Positions 27,473 through 35,539 of a stretch of 64,000 nt of DNA are shown one piece after another. Every line of letters starts with the position of its first letter. The first letter of the stretch is position 1. A program made the position numbers and the translations under genes. The stretch is from a bacterium (lineage in GTDB: Bacteria > Patescibacteriota > Patescibacteriia > Patescibacteriales > JAKAJF01). Below the pieces are notes generated by a model. It ran no database searches and was not told the DNA's origin. It worked only from the letters and a program-made list of their open reading frames with translations. Where the stretch lies: NCBI GenBank assembly GCA_021788015.1, contig JAJYLD010000006.1:1744-65743 (forward strand), read 5' to 3'.

Positions 27473-28107
27473 CCCGGAAGAGTTGCGAGATATTGATCGG
27501 TTATATACAAAACCCCTGATTCTGGAAGTTTTGGTTGTTCCACCTTGTCAATAAAACCGAACTTCTGCGCCTCTGTCGCAGTATAAGTCGTAGTGTTTTG
27601 AAATGCTTTTCTTATGGCTGATAAATTTAGTGTCTTTTGGCCCTTACCGGCAGTTTCTTTCTGTATTATTTTTTGCGTTTTATCATCTGTAGCTAATAGA
27701 GTAGTTTTTTGTGTTTCCAGATCAACTAAATTAAATTGCTCTGGAAGTGTAGTCCTAGGGAGAGTTGTTTGATGAATCAGAAAACTACAATCTGGCACAC
27801 CAATTCTATTTTGGAAACCAAGAAAGAAAGGAACGCCAGCTGAAAAGACACTCCCCATATTATAGACAGTTGTCTTTTGAGGGATTGATTTAACAAAATT
27901 GTAGAGATTTACAGCATAGAATGGATTGCCTCCAAGTGTAGAGAGACATACAACGTATTCTGAAATATTTTGGCCAGATTGTGCCTGATTATTAATGAAA
28001 GCAGTAAAAACATCCTCCATCTTTTTTGTTATAGTCGCGCTACACCATATGTACTGAATTTTCTTCTGTTGTATTTGTTCGTCCATATAATTATTTATGT
28101 TGTACAT
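27469..28107 (-). CDS. ClpP/S14-fold serine protease-like protein
   Basis: 212 aa. LSTLGGNPFYAVNLYNFV..MGSVFSAGVPFFLG..FLIHQ aligns by eye to the ClpP INSPGG..AASMG..IHQP blocks (Ser and His retained). Confidence 0.55.
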   Translation of the reverse strand: MYNINNYMDEQIQQKKIQYIWCSATITKKMEDVFTAFINNQAQSGQNISEYVVCLSTLGGNPFYAVNLYNFVKSIPQKTTVYNMGSVFSAGVPFFLGFQNRIGVPDCSFLIHQTTLPRTTLPEQFNLVDLETQKTTLLATDDKTQKIIQKETAGKGQKTLNLSAIRKAFQNTTTYTATEAQKFGFIDKVEQPKLPESGVLYITDQYLATLPG

Positions 28108-28387
28108 TAAATTTCGGTTGTTCTTTTTTTATTATCCTTTTTTCAATATTGTGAGCTTTTACCTTAGTTTTTACCTGTGCGATCTGAAATTTTGTACCAC
28201 CGGGAATAACCTCTTTCTTAATATCCTTATGTTCTATAAGTCTGTCCTGTGAACGGCCTCTGCCGGCGATTCCAGTGTAGAGATTATTTCCAGAACCATC
28301 CTTAATTTTATAAATAATCGCTTTATTTTTTGGGATTTTAGCAATATTTCCTTTTGTAAACTTTTTGGTTCGACTAAATTTTGTCAT
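28091..28387 (-). CDS. Small GIY-YIG domain protein
   Basis: 98 aa. IIYKI..GNNLYTGIAG..R..RL.EH..N.EKR pattern. Overlaps the downstream ClpP-like gene by 17 nt. Confidence 0.55.
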   Translation of the reverse strand: MTKFSRTKKFTKGNIAKIPKNKAIIYKIKDGSGNNLYTGIAGRGRSQDRLIEHKDIKKEVIPGGTKFQIAQVKTKVKAHNIEKRIIKKEQPKFNVQHK

Positions 28388-28433
28388 ACTATTTTTAAAT
28401 TATTTATTAATTATAGCTGTGGATAAGTAAGCC

Positions 28434-28476
28434 TTGCATACCTTCTATTTTCCTTCTATAATGGAAGTATACCTCC
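28434..28476 (+). promoter_or_regulatory. lexA promoter (TTGCAT-17-TATAAT) with an adjacent imperfect palindrome
   Basis: -35 at 28434-28439 and -10 at 28457-28462. GGAAGTATACCTCC at 28463-28476. Direct repeat CCTTCTAT x2 at 28441-28459. Confidence 0.45.
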
Positions 28477-28501
28477 ACGATAAATAATATGTCAATATCA
28501 T

Positions 28502-29092
28502 ATGCTTACCAAAAAACAAAAATTAGTTTTAGATTTTGTGAAGCAATACGAGAAGAGAATGGGATATTCCCCCTCTCTTGAGGAAATACAACAACATTTC
28601 AAATTGGCTTCTGTATCAACGGCACATTTTCATATTAAGCAACTGCAAAAGAAAGGATTGCTGACAAAAGAGGAGAAGCAGGGACGAACAATATCTGCCG
28701 TAAAAGAAGCTAAAGCCTTAGAAGTGCCACTTGTTGGAAATATTGCCGCAGGGCAGCCTATTGAGGCCATAGAAACGCCTGGTGAAACCGTCTCTGTGCC
28801 AAGAAGCGATATTAAATTACCATTCCAACATTACGCGCTTAGGGTGGTTGGTGACAGCATGATCGAAGACGGGATTTTTAATAACGATATCGTTGTTGTT
28901 AGATCTCAAAACGTAGCCGATAATGGACAGACTACTGTTGCCATCATCGACGATAATCAAGCAACACTTAAAAAGATTTTCAAAGAGAAAGGGAAAATCA
29001 GGCTTCAGCCAGCAAATAAGAAGTTGAAGCCAATTTTTAGGAAGAAAGTTGAAATTAGGGGTGTTGTTGAGAAAATAATTAGAACGCTTTAA
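28502..29092 (+). CDS. lexA: LexA-type repressor (wHTH plus S24 peptidase)
   Basis: 196 aa. N-terminal wHTH, cleavage-site context NIAAGQP, catalytic GDSM and the TLKK lysine. Confidence 0.85.
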   Translation: MLTKKQKLVLDFVKQYEKRMGYSPSLEEIQQHFKLASVSTAHFHIKQLQKKGLLTKEEKQGRTISAVKEAKALEVPLVGNIAAGQPIEAIETPGETVSVPRSDIKLPFQHYALRVVGDSMIEDGIFNNDIVVVRSQNVADNGQTTVAIIDDNQATLKKIFKEKGKIRLQPANKKLKPIFRKKVEIRGVVEKIIRTL

Positions 29093-29094
29093 TT

Positions 29095-31617
29095 ATGAAC
29101 ATTCAACACAAAAAATTAACCTATATAAGTTTATTCAGTAGTGCCGGCGTTGGTTGCTATGGATTTTCACAAGAGGGATTTGATTGCATTGCAACTGTCG
29201 AAATTATCGATAGGCGTTTAGATGTGCAACGACACAATAACAAATGTCTTTACCAAAGCGGATATATTGCAGACGATATCACCAAGAAATCAACGAAAGA
29301 AAAAATCTTTTCCGAGATTGATTTATGGAAATCTAAGCAGGGTCTCAAAGAAATTGACGTGGTACTGGCAACTCCTCCATGCCAGGGCATGTCTGTTGCT
29401 AATCATAAAAAGCTAAATGAACTTAAAAGAAACTCTCTTGTTGTGGAGTCGATCAAGATTGTCGAAGAAATTCGTCCGAAAATTTTTGTATTTGAAAATG
29501 TTCGGGCGTTTCTCTCGACCCCATGCACGGATATCGATAAGAAAGAAAAAACCATACGAGAGGCCATCGAATTAAACCTTGGCGGTAAGTATAACATTCA
29601 CTACCAAGTAATTAACTTTAAGGATTACGGAAACCCATCAAGCCGTACTCGGACCCTCGTTATTGGTATTAGAAAAGATATTCCTGAAATAACACCTCTT
29701 GATCTCATGCCGTCTCTTAGAGATGGTGGCACCTTGCGTGACGCAATCGGAAAACTACCGTCACTGAAAACAATGGGAGAAATTGATTCGAAAGACATTT
29801 ATCACAATTTCCGTCCATATGGTGAACATATGTTGCCGTGGATTGAAAACATAAAAGAGGGCCAGTCAGCTTTTGATAATGTAGACCCTACGCGTCGTCC
29901 TCATCAAATCAAGGACGGAAAGATTGTCTATAACGAAAATAAGAATGGCGACAAGTACTCTCGGTGCTATTGGGATAAGGTCGCCCCGTGTGTACATACA
30001 AGAAATGATATTCTTGCCAGCCAAGCAACGGTACACCCAGAAGATAACCGTGTCTTCAGTATTAGAGAGTTGATGAAAATAATGTCCGTTCCAGACTCAT
30101 TCAATTGGGTAGCCACACCCTTGAACCAGTTGAACAAACTTTCGGTGGAAGAAAAAAAGAAACTTCTCAAGAAAGAAGAGATTAACATTCGTCAGTCGCT
30201 CGGAGAAGCTGTTCCAACAGTGATTTTTGGAAGTATCGCAAAGAAAGCAAAAGAGAAACTGCTTAATGTTGGGAGAAACGACAACCAGATAAAGAAGTTT
30301 ATTCTAGAGAAAGAATTAGATGTTCAGGATAATCTAAAAGTTTTTTTAAAAGACAACATAGGAGATTTCACATATCCTGAGTTGGCAAAAATTGTAGAAC
30401 TTGCAAATGCCGAGCGGCTAAAACATGCCGCATATTACACGAGACAAGATATCTGCTTTACGATAATCAAGGATTTACCAGACACATCAAAATACGAGAA
30501 TTTGTCCATTCTTGAACCGTCAGTCGGCGCAGGTAATTTTCTTCCGTTACTTATTGAGAAATACAAGACAGTAAAGAATGTCGAGATTGATGTCGTAGAT
30601 ATTGATAAAAACGCTATCGAGATACTCAGAGTTCTTTTGAAGAAACTGAGTGTTCCTAAAAATATAAAAATTAACCTTATAAATGAGGACTTCCTCTTGT
30701 ATGGAGAGACGAATCTTTTCAATCAAACGAAGCGGTACGATCTCGTGGTCGGTAACCCCCCGTTTGGAGATATAACTGAGAATAAAGAACTTCTGAGTAT
30801 CTACAAGAAAGACAAGCACAATACAGACACGAATAATCTCTTTTCATTCTTCCTTGAGAAGACAATTCAACTAGGAGATGTTGTTGGTTTGATTATTCCT
30901 AAAAGTTTTCTTTCAGCACCAGAATTCAACAAAACTCGAGAACTTGTGTCTTCTTTTGCACTTGAGAAGATTACCGACTATGGAGAGAAAGGTTTCAAAG
31001 GTGTAAAGATTGAGACGATTAGCCTTATTGTAAATACAAAACAAAAAGGTTCACGTACACTCGTTGAATCATATATTAAGAATGAGATTGGGTTCAAGGA
31101 TCAGTCTTATATTTGCTCAAAGGAATTTCCTTACTGGTTGGTATACAGAAATGAATTCTTTGACTCCGTGGCAAAGAAGCTGAGGTTCAATATCTTCACT
31201 TCGTACCGTGACCGACAGATTACAAAAAAGATTACCAAGTCAAAAGGAAAGATTCGAGTTCTTAAGTCACGCAATATTGGTAAAAATGAGATTGTAGATA
31301 TCCCGAACTACGATTCTTATGTTGATTCCATTGACGGTCTTTCAATTGGAAAGTTCTTTAATGCAGAAAACACTGTATTAGTGCCAAACCTTACCTATAC
31401 CCCAAGAGCAACTTTTCTGCCGGAAAACACTATCGTTGATGGTTCTGTGGCTCTCCTGATGCCAAAAGTTGAAGACGTTGAAATAACATCAAGTGATCTA
31501 GCATATTTTGCCACGGAAGAATTCACGGAATTTTATCGAGTTGCCCGTAATCACGGAACACGCTCACTTAACATAGATAATAATTCCGTCTTCTTTTTCG
31601 GGGTGAAAACAAGTTAA
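29095..31617 (+). CDS. Fused DNA methyltransferase: N-terminal C5-cytosine MTase plus C-terminal N6-adenine (Eco57I/TaqI-type) MTase
   Basis: m5C motifs: FSSAGVG (I), PPCQGMS (IV), FENV (VI), SRTRT (VIII), GEAVP (X). m6A motifs: EPSVGAGNFL (I), VGNPPFG (IV). Starts 2 nt after the lexA stop. Confidence 0.85.
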   Translation: MNIQHKKLTYISLFSSAGVGCYGFSQEGFDCIATVEIIDRRLDVQRHNNKCLYQSGYIADDITKKSTKEKIFSEIDLWKSKQGLKEIDVVLATPPCQGMSVANHKKLNELKRNSLVVESIKIVEEIRPKIFVFENVRAFLSTPCTDIDKKEKTIREAIELNLGGKYNIHYQVINFKDYGNPSSRTRTLVIGIRKDIPEITPLDLMPSLRDGGTLRDAIGKLPSLKTMGEIDSKDIYHNFRPYGEHMLPWIENIKEGQSAFDNVDPTRRPHQIKDGKIVYNENKNGDKYSRCYWDKVAPCVHTRNDILASQATVHPEDNRVFSIRELMKIMSVPDSFNWVATPLNQLNKLSVEEKKKLLKKEEINIRQSLGEAVPTVIFGSIAKKAKEKLLNVGRNDNQIKKFILEKELDVQDNLKVFLKDNIGDFTYPELAKIVELANAERLKHAAYYTRQDICFTIIKDLPDTSKYENLSILEPSVGAGNFLPLLIEKYKTVKNVEIDVVDIDKNAIEILRVLLKKLSVPKNIKINLINEDFLLYGETNLFNQTKRYDLVVGNPPFGDITENKELLSIYKKDKHNTDTNNLFSFFLEKTIQLGDVVGLIIPKSFLSAPEFNKTRELVSSFALEKITDYGEKGFKGVKIETISLIVNTKQKGSRTLVESYIKNEIGFKDQSYICSKEFPYWLVYRNEFFDSVAKKLRFNIFTSYRDRQITKKITKSKGKIRVLKSRNIGKNEIVDIPNYDSYVDSIDGLSIGKFFNAENTVLVPNLTYTPRATFLPENTIVDGSVALLMPKVEDVEITSSDLAYFATEEFTEFYRVARNHGTRSLNIDNNSVFFFGVKTS

Positions 31618-32810
31618 ATATAGAGTTCATTAACCTTTGCCCTAAGTTCGTCAAAGGTTGTATTCGTGGACAGATCAAGAGAAAGTCCGGTATTGATTAC
31701 ATGAATCAGAGATTCTTTCGAATATATGTCTTTGCCTTGCTTAAGTGAAGACTCAATTGTATCTATTTTGGATAGCAAGCATTCCCTTTGATACGGTCGA
31801 TCTATGATCTGAGTGTGGTTGCTCGGATGAGCTTTTGTATTGTGTTGTTGAGGAGTCAAAAGAATAAGGTTTTCAACATACACAGATATTTGTGGAAACT
31901 CATGTTCGGGGAAAATATGATGGACCTGTGTAGCTTCGCCGTTTGCATAGCTGTCCCTGACTTCACTTGCTGTGTGATTTCGCCGAATGATATTCTTCGC
32001 TTTTTGTACCTTATATGCAGAAAGTTCTGGATTCTCTTCAATAATTTCTTCGGATTCCTGGCGTGTTATCGCTTTGTCTTTTCCAATATCTCGGAAGTTA
32101 CTTCTGTTGTACATCAAATCTGAATAAGCAAAACGGTTCTCGGTCATTCTTCCATCTTCTGATCCATTGATCATGTGGTAGACAGCATAAGGATTGAGCA
32201 CTTTCGGGAAAATACGTCGTATCTCAGTACCGCCATTTATATTTGTAAACCCACGCATAAACGCTTCAAATTTTGTTTTGAGTACTTCAAAATCCCTTTG
32301 AGATACCGTACCAGCCTTTGCCTTGTCACGATAAGATTCCAATTCTCCGAAGCCACTGTCGGTCAAAACTTTCTCGACATATACAACTAGAAAAATCCAT
32401 GCATTTCTCTCATTTTGTGCAATATATTCTAGGATTTCTGGCTGTAGGACTTTATATGTATTTCGTACTCCAACTTTTTCTTCTTTTAGGATCTTTGCAA
32501 AAGCTAGTGTTTTTAGTGGTTGAGCAATGAACTTGTCATACTCGGCACTCGCGCTTTCGTTTGTTGGTGATGGTTTGCCGAAGATGGCGACTGTGTTCTT
32601 TTGAAAATACTGGAAGTCCCATAGTTCCTTTGTTGTGAATACAACGCTTGATTCCTTACCACCAAGGAAGTTCACAATACAATCAGCAATGAAAGTGAGA
32701 ACATCAGGAGTCACTTTCTGATCCATGTAACGAGAAAAGCCCTCGGGCTTCTTGCGTAAGTCGAGATCCAAACTTCCTATGTGTTTTCTTATAATGTCCT
32801 CAAAAATCAT
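31614..32810 (-). CDS. HNH-motif restriction endonuclease (putative cognate REase)
   Basis: 398 aa. C-terminal QVHHIFPEHEF...NLILLTPQQHNTKAH. Convergent with the MTase, with stops overlapping by 4 nt. Confidence 0.65.
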   Translation of the reverse strand: MIFEDIIRKHIGSLDLDLRKKPEGFSRYMDQKVTPDVLTFIADCIVNFLGGKESSVVFTTKELWDFQYFQKNTVAIFGKPSPTNESASAEYDKFIAQPLKTLAFAKILKEEKVGVRNTYKVLQPEILEYIAQNERNAWIFLVVYVEKVLTDSGFGELESYRDKAKAGTVSQRDFEVLKTKFEAFMRGFTNINGGTEIRRIFPKVLNPYAVYHMINGSEDGRMTENRFAYSDLMYNRSNFRDIGKDKAITRQESEEIIEENPELSAYKVQKAKNIIRRNHTASEVRDSYANGEATQVHHIFPEHEFPQISVYVENLILLTPQQHNTKAHPSNHTQIIDRPYQRECLLSKIDTIESSLKQGKDIYSKESLIHVINTGLSLDLSTNTTFDELRAKVNELYI

Positions 32811-32862
32811 ATATTTGACTATATAGAATCTATTCTATGTCACAAGTTCTAACTTGGACATC

Positions 32863-32952
32863 TGGCGGAGAGGCAGGGATTCGAACCCTGGGACCTTTTG
32901 ACGGGTCAACACATTAGCAGCGTGCCGCTTTCAACCACTCAGCCACCTCTCC
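32863..32952 (-). tRNA. tRNA-Ser (anticodon GCU), class II with long variable arm, CCA encoded
   Basis: GGAGAGG/CCTCTCC acceptor, anticodon loop CUGCUAA, T-arm CAGGG-TTCGAAT-CCCTG, G discriminator plus CCA. Confidence 0.9.
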
Positions 32953-33017
32953 ATATTTCATCAAACAAAAAAACAATAAAGCAAGAAAACAATTAATTTT
33001 TTATATTTTTTTCTAAA

Positions 33018-33270
33018 TTATTTATTTCCGTCCAAAGCATAGCTCCTATTTCTTCGGCTAATTTCTTCGGCTAATTTCATCCCCGTTCTGTATTCATCTT
33101 CAATTATATATTTTTCCCTTAGCGAGAAATAAAGCAAATATTTCGATTCTTTTAGAGAACCATAAGAAATTTCAAGAAAATTCAATCGCAATAATATTTC
33201 TTGTGATTCCATAAACAAAATGGACATATTCGTCCATTATTCTTTTTAGTCTATCCTGAAAATCATTCAT
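33018..33270 (-). pseudogene. Four-helix-bundle (23S rRNA IVS-type) protein, degraded
   Basis: N-terminal piece MNDFQDRL.. (33172-33270) lies in another frame. The core FPxxE..NIAEG region is missing. Perfect 13-bp tandem duplication ATTTCTTCGGCTA at 33048-33073 shifts the C-terminus. Confidence 0.55.
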
Positions 33271-33357
33271 TTGTTTTTTTTGCTTTATGGTTTTATTGTT
33301 TTTTTGACTTGTGCTATAATAATGTTATAAGAAATCAAAGCTTTTGTCAATAAAAAT

Positions 33358-33855
33358 ATGGCCGAAAAACAAACAATCAACTTTGGCAGAGAGCTTGAAA
33401 AATGGAAAGTGCCGGAATATGAAAAGCATGACCGTTCGCGAAGATGGTATATCACGGCGATCATCGTCTTTCTTCTTTTTCTTCTCTACGCTTTCGTAAC
33501 GGCTGATTTTTTATTCGCGGTCATCCTGATTGTCAGCGGCTTGATTATGGTTTTGCATGACGGCAAAGATCCGGAAATGGTGAATTTTATCATTACGACG
33601 GAAGGAGTTATTATCGGAAGAAAATTTTACGATTATGACGAAATTAAAAATTTTTCCATCGTTTACAAGCCGAGTTTCGGCGTGAAGAAATTATATTTCG
33701 AATTTAAGAACGCGCTTACGCCGAGACTGACGGTTCCGCTTTTGGATATGAACCCTTTGCCAATTCGGGAAAATTTGTTAAAATACATTCCGGAAGATTT
33801 GGAAAGGACAAACGAGCCGTTATCGGAAGCTTTGGCTAAACTGTTTAAATTGTAA
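33358..33855 (+). CDS. Membrane protein of unknown function (two TM helices plus a PH-like soluble domain?)
   Basis: 165-aa ORF with a hydrophobic hairpin at residues ~30-65. No motif recognised. Confidence 0.5.
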   Translation: MAEKQTINFGRELEKWKVPEYEKHDRSRRWYITAIIVFLLFLLYAFVTADFLFAVILIVSGLIMVLHDGKDPEMVNFIITTEGVIIGRKFYDYDEIKNFSIVYKPSFGVKKLYFEFKNALTPRLTVPLLDMNPLPIRENLLKYIPEDLERTNEPLSEALAKLFKL

Positions 33856-33929
33856 AATAAGAGAAATAAGATAAATAAAAACGAGTAACGATAAATTTTA
33901 TTTGTCTTATTTTTTTTATTTTTATTCAA

Positions 33930-34001
33930 GCACTCGTCGTTCAACGGATAGGACGCAAGATTGCGGATCTTGTAATTGAGGTTCGATTCCTCACGAGTGC
34001 A
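33930..34001 (+). tRNA. tRNA-Arg with genomically encoded anticodon GCG
   Basis: GCACTCG/CGAGTGC acceptor, anticodon stem CAAGA/TCTTG, loop TTGCGGA, T-arm TGAGG-TTCGATT-CCTCA, 4-nt variable loop, no CCA. Confidence 0.8.
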
Positions 34002-34087
34002 CAAAATAAAAAGGCGGATTTCGATCTGCTTTTTTATTTTTGTTCTCGTGAGATTGAGAACCAAATGTATAACGGGGCTTCCGCCCC

Positions 34088-34118
34088 TTCGATTCCTCAC
34101 GAGTGCACAAAATAAAAG
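34088..34118 (+). repeat. Direct repeat of the tRNA-Arg 3' end plus trailer
   Basis: TTCGATTCCTCACGAGTGCACAAAATAAAA (30/30 identical to 33982-34011). Each copy is followed by its own terminator hairpin. Confidence 0.85.
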
Positions 34119-34166
34119 ACAGGCCCTTGTGGCCTGCTTTTTTGTTTACTAAAAAATGTTTTCGTA

Positions 34167-34306
34167 TTCAAAACACCAATGGGGTTTGGGGGCGAAATTG
34201 AACCAAGGCGAGAAATTTAAAAGCAAATCAATGTGATAGCCGACCTGCCTGCCGGCAGGTTGGGGCCCCAAAACTTTTTGGTTACAAGTAACTCCTAGTG
34301 AAGCGA
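34167..34306 (+). repeat. Family-1 repeat, copy C
   Basis: TTCAAAACACC..GGGGTTTGGGGGCGAAATTGAA, CCAAGG, ATCAATGTGATAGC, inserted hairpin ACCTGCC-TGCC-GGCAGGT, GGCCCCAAAAC, shortened GGTTAC..GTAACTCCTAGTGAAGCG. Confidence 0.7.
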
Positions 34307-34308
34307 TT

Positions 34309-34977
34309 TTAAAGAAGATACTCCCTGATCATTTTGATCAACGGCTCTCTTGCTGACCCATTAAAATTATGATCGCCGTCGAGCGCGGTTAATTTTATCT
34401 TAGGACTGAGTTCGCTTAAATCGACTTGCGGCAAAACTTCATCTTGATTTGCCCGGATGATAACGATCTCGGTTTTTTCCGCGAAGGCATTGTATTCGCG
34501 GAAAGGTTGCAACTTCTTACGCTCCTCCCAATATTGCGCGGGCACGATTCTTCGCAGTCCGTCGAGCACAGGAAGTTTGGAAACTCCTTCCAAATTGATT
34601 TCGGCATCCGGACGGGAACGATATCGGTTGAGCGTGCGTTCTATGCTCAAATCGATTGCGGGAGCGAGAAGAACGGTTTTTCTAATTCCATCCGGTTTTG
34701 CCAAAGCGGCTATGATCGTCCCTTGGGAATGGCAAATCAAATCGATTGTCGCACCCGGATTATTTTTCTTGGCTTCGTCTATGACATGATCCAGTTTTTC
34801 TACTTGGGCGCTCGGCGGGCATGTCGTCAGTGTTTTGTTTTCTTCGTCGATCTCGAAATAATCGAACAGTATCGATCCGACTTCGGGAAGCGCGGCCGCT
34901 ATGTCCGTTAAAAGGCCGCGGTCGTCTTTGCGCACGCCGAAACCATGGGAGTAAATGACGATGTGATTATTGGGCAT
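34309..34977 (-). CDS. Alpha/beta-fold hydrolase
   Basis: 222 aa. Nucleophile elbow CHSQGT and a C-terminal GDHNF His motif. Confidence 0.7.
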   Translation of the reverse strand: MPNNHIVIYSHGFGVRKDDRGLLTDIAAALPEVGSILFDYFEIDEENKTLTTCPPSAQVEKLDHVIDEAKKNNPGATIDLICHSQGTIIAALAKPDGIRKTVLLAPAIDLSIERTLNRYRSRPDAEINLEGVSKLPVLDGLRRIVPAQYWEERKKLQPFREYNAFAEKTEIVIIRANQDEVLPQVDLSELSPKIKLTALDGDHNFNGSAREPLIKMIREYLL

Positions 34978-34978
34978 A

Positions 34979-35470
34979 TTATTCTATCTCTTTAAATTTA
35001 TCTTTCGGTGCGCCGCAGATCGGGCATTTTTCCGGCGCTTCTTTCAGGTGCACATGTCCGCAAACCTGGCAGACAAAATATTTTTCATCCTCGATATTAC
35101 CGTCTTTTTCCAAAGCGGCTCGAAAAAATTTCTCATGTTCCCGCTCGACCGCATTGGCTCCGGAAAAACTCAACATGGCCGGATTGTTGCCTTCCGCTTT
35201 TGATTTTTCGATAAACTTCGGATACATTTCGGTAAATTCATACGTTTCGCCGGCAATGGCCGCCTCTAAATTTTCCTTTGAAGTTTTAACTCCTCCGGCG
35301 ACTTTCAAGTGGCGCAAGGCATGCACCGTTTCCCCTTCGGCCGCGACCCGAAAAAGTTTGGCGAGGTTAGGCTTACCTTCGCTTTCCGCCTGCCTGGCAA
35401 AAGCCAAATATTTTCGGTTGGCCTGCGATTCTCCGGCGAACGCGCTCATTAAATTTTCTTGTGTGCTCAT
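34979..35470 (-). CDS. rbr: Rubrerythrin
   Basis: 163 aa. Diiron ExxH motifs (EGETVHA, ERE..) and a C-terminal rubredoxin-like CQVCG...CPICG. Confidence 0.9.
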   Translation of the reverse strand: MSTQENLMSAFAGESQANRKYLAFARQAESEGKPNLAKLFRVAAEGETVHALRHLKVAGGVKTSKENLEAAIAGETYEFTEMYPKFIEKSKAEGNNPAMLSFSGANAVEREHEKFFRAALEKDGNIEDEKYFVCQVCGHVHLKEAPEKCPICGAPKDKFKEIE

Positions 35471-35539
35471 ATTTTTTATTTAGGTTTGTATCTACTTTAA
35501 CATTATCATTGTTCCGGAAATTGCTCAAGAAATTCGCCT

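Larger units (their letters stand above)
25425..32862. mobile_element. Decayed genomic island abutting the 3' end of tRNA-Ser(GCU); no integrase present
   Basis: Accessory and defence genes plus three gene fragments. Partial copies of the tRNA 3'-terminal sequence TGGCGGAGAGG at 25425-25446, 26172-26186 and 27302-27318. Confidence 0.45.

Noticed and set aside
33663-34100. 145-aa minus-strand ORF
   Set aside because: It overlaps the 33358..33855 gene, tRNA-Arg and its terminators. The translation is low-complexity and it has no SD sequence.
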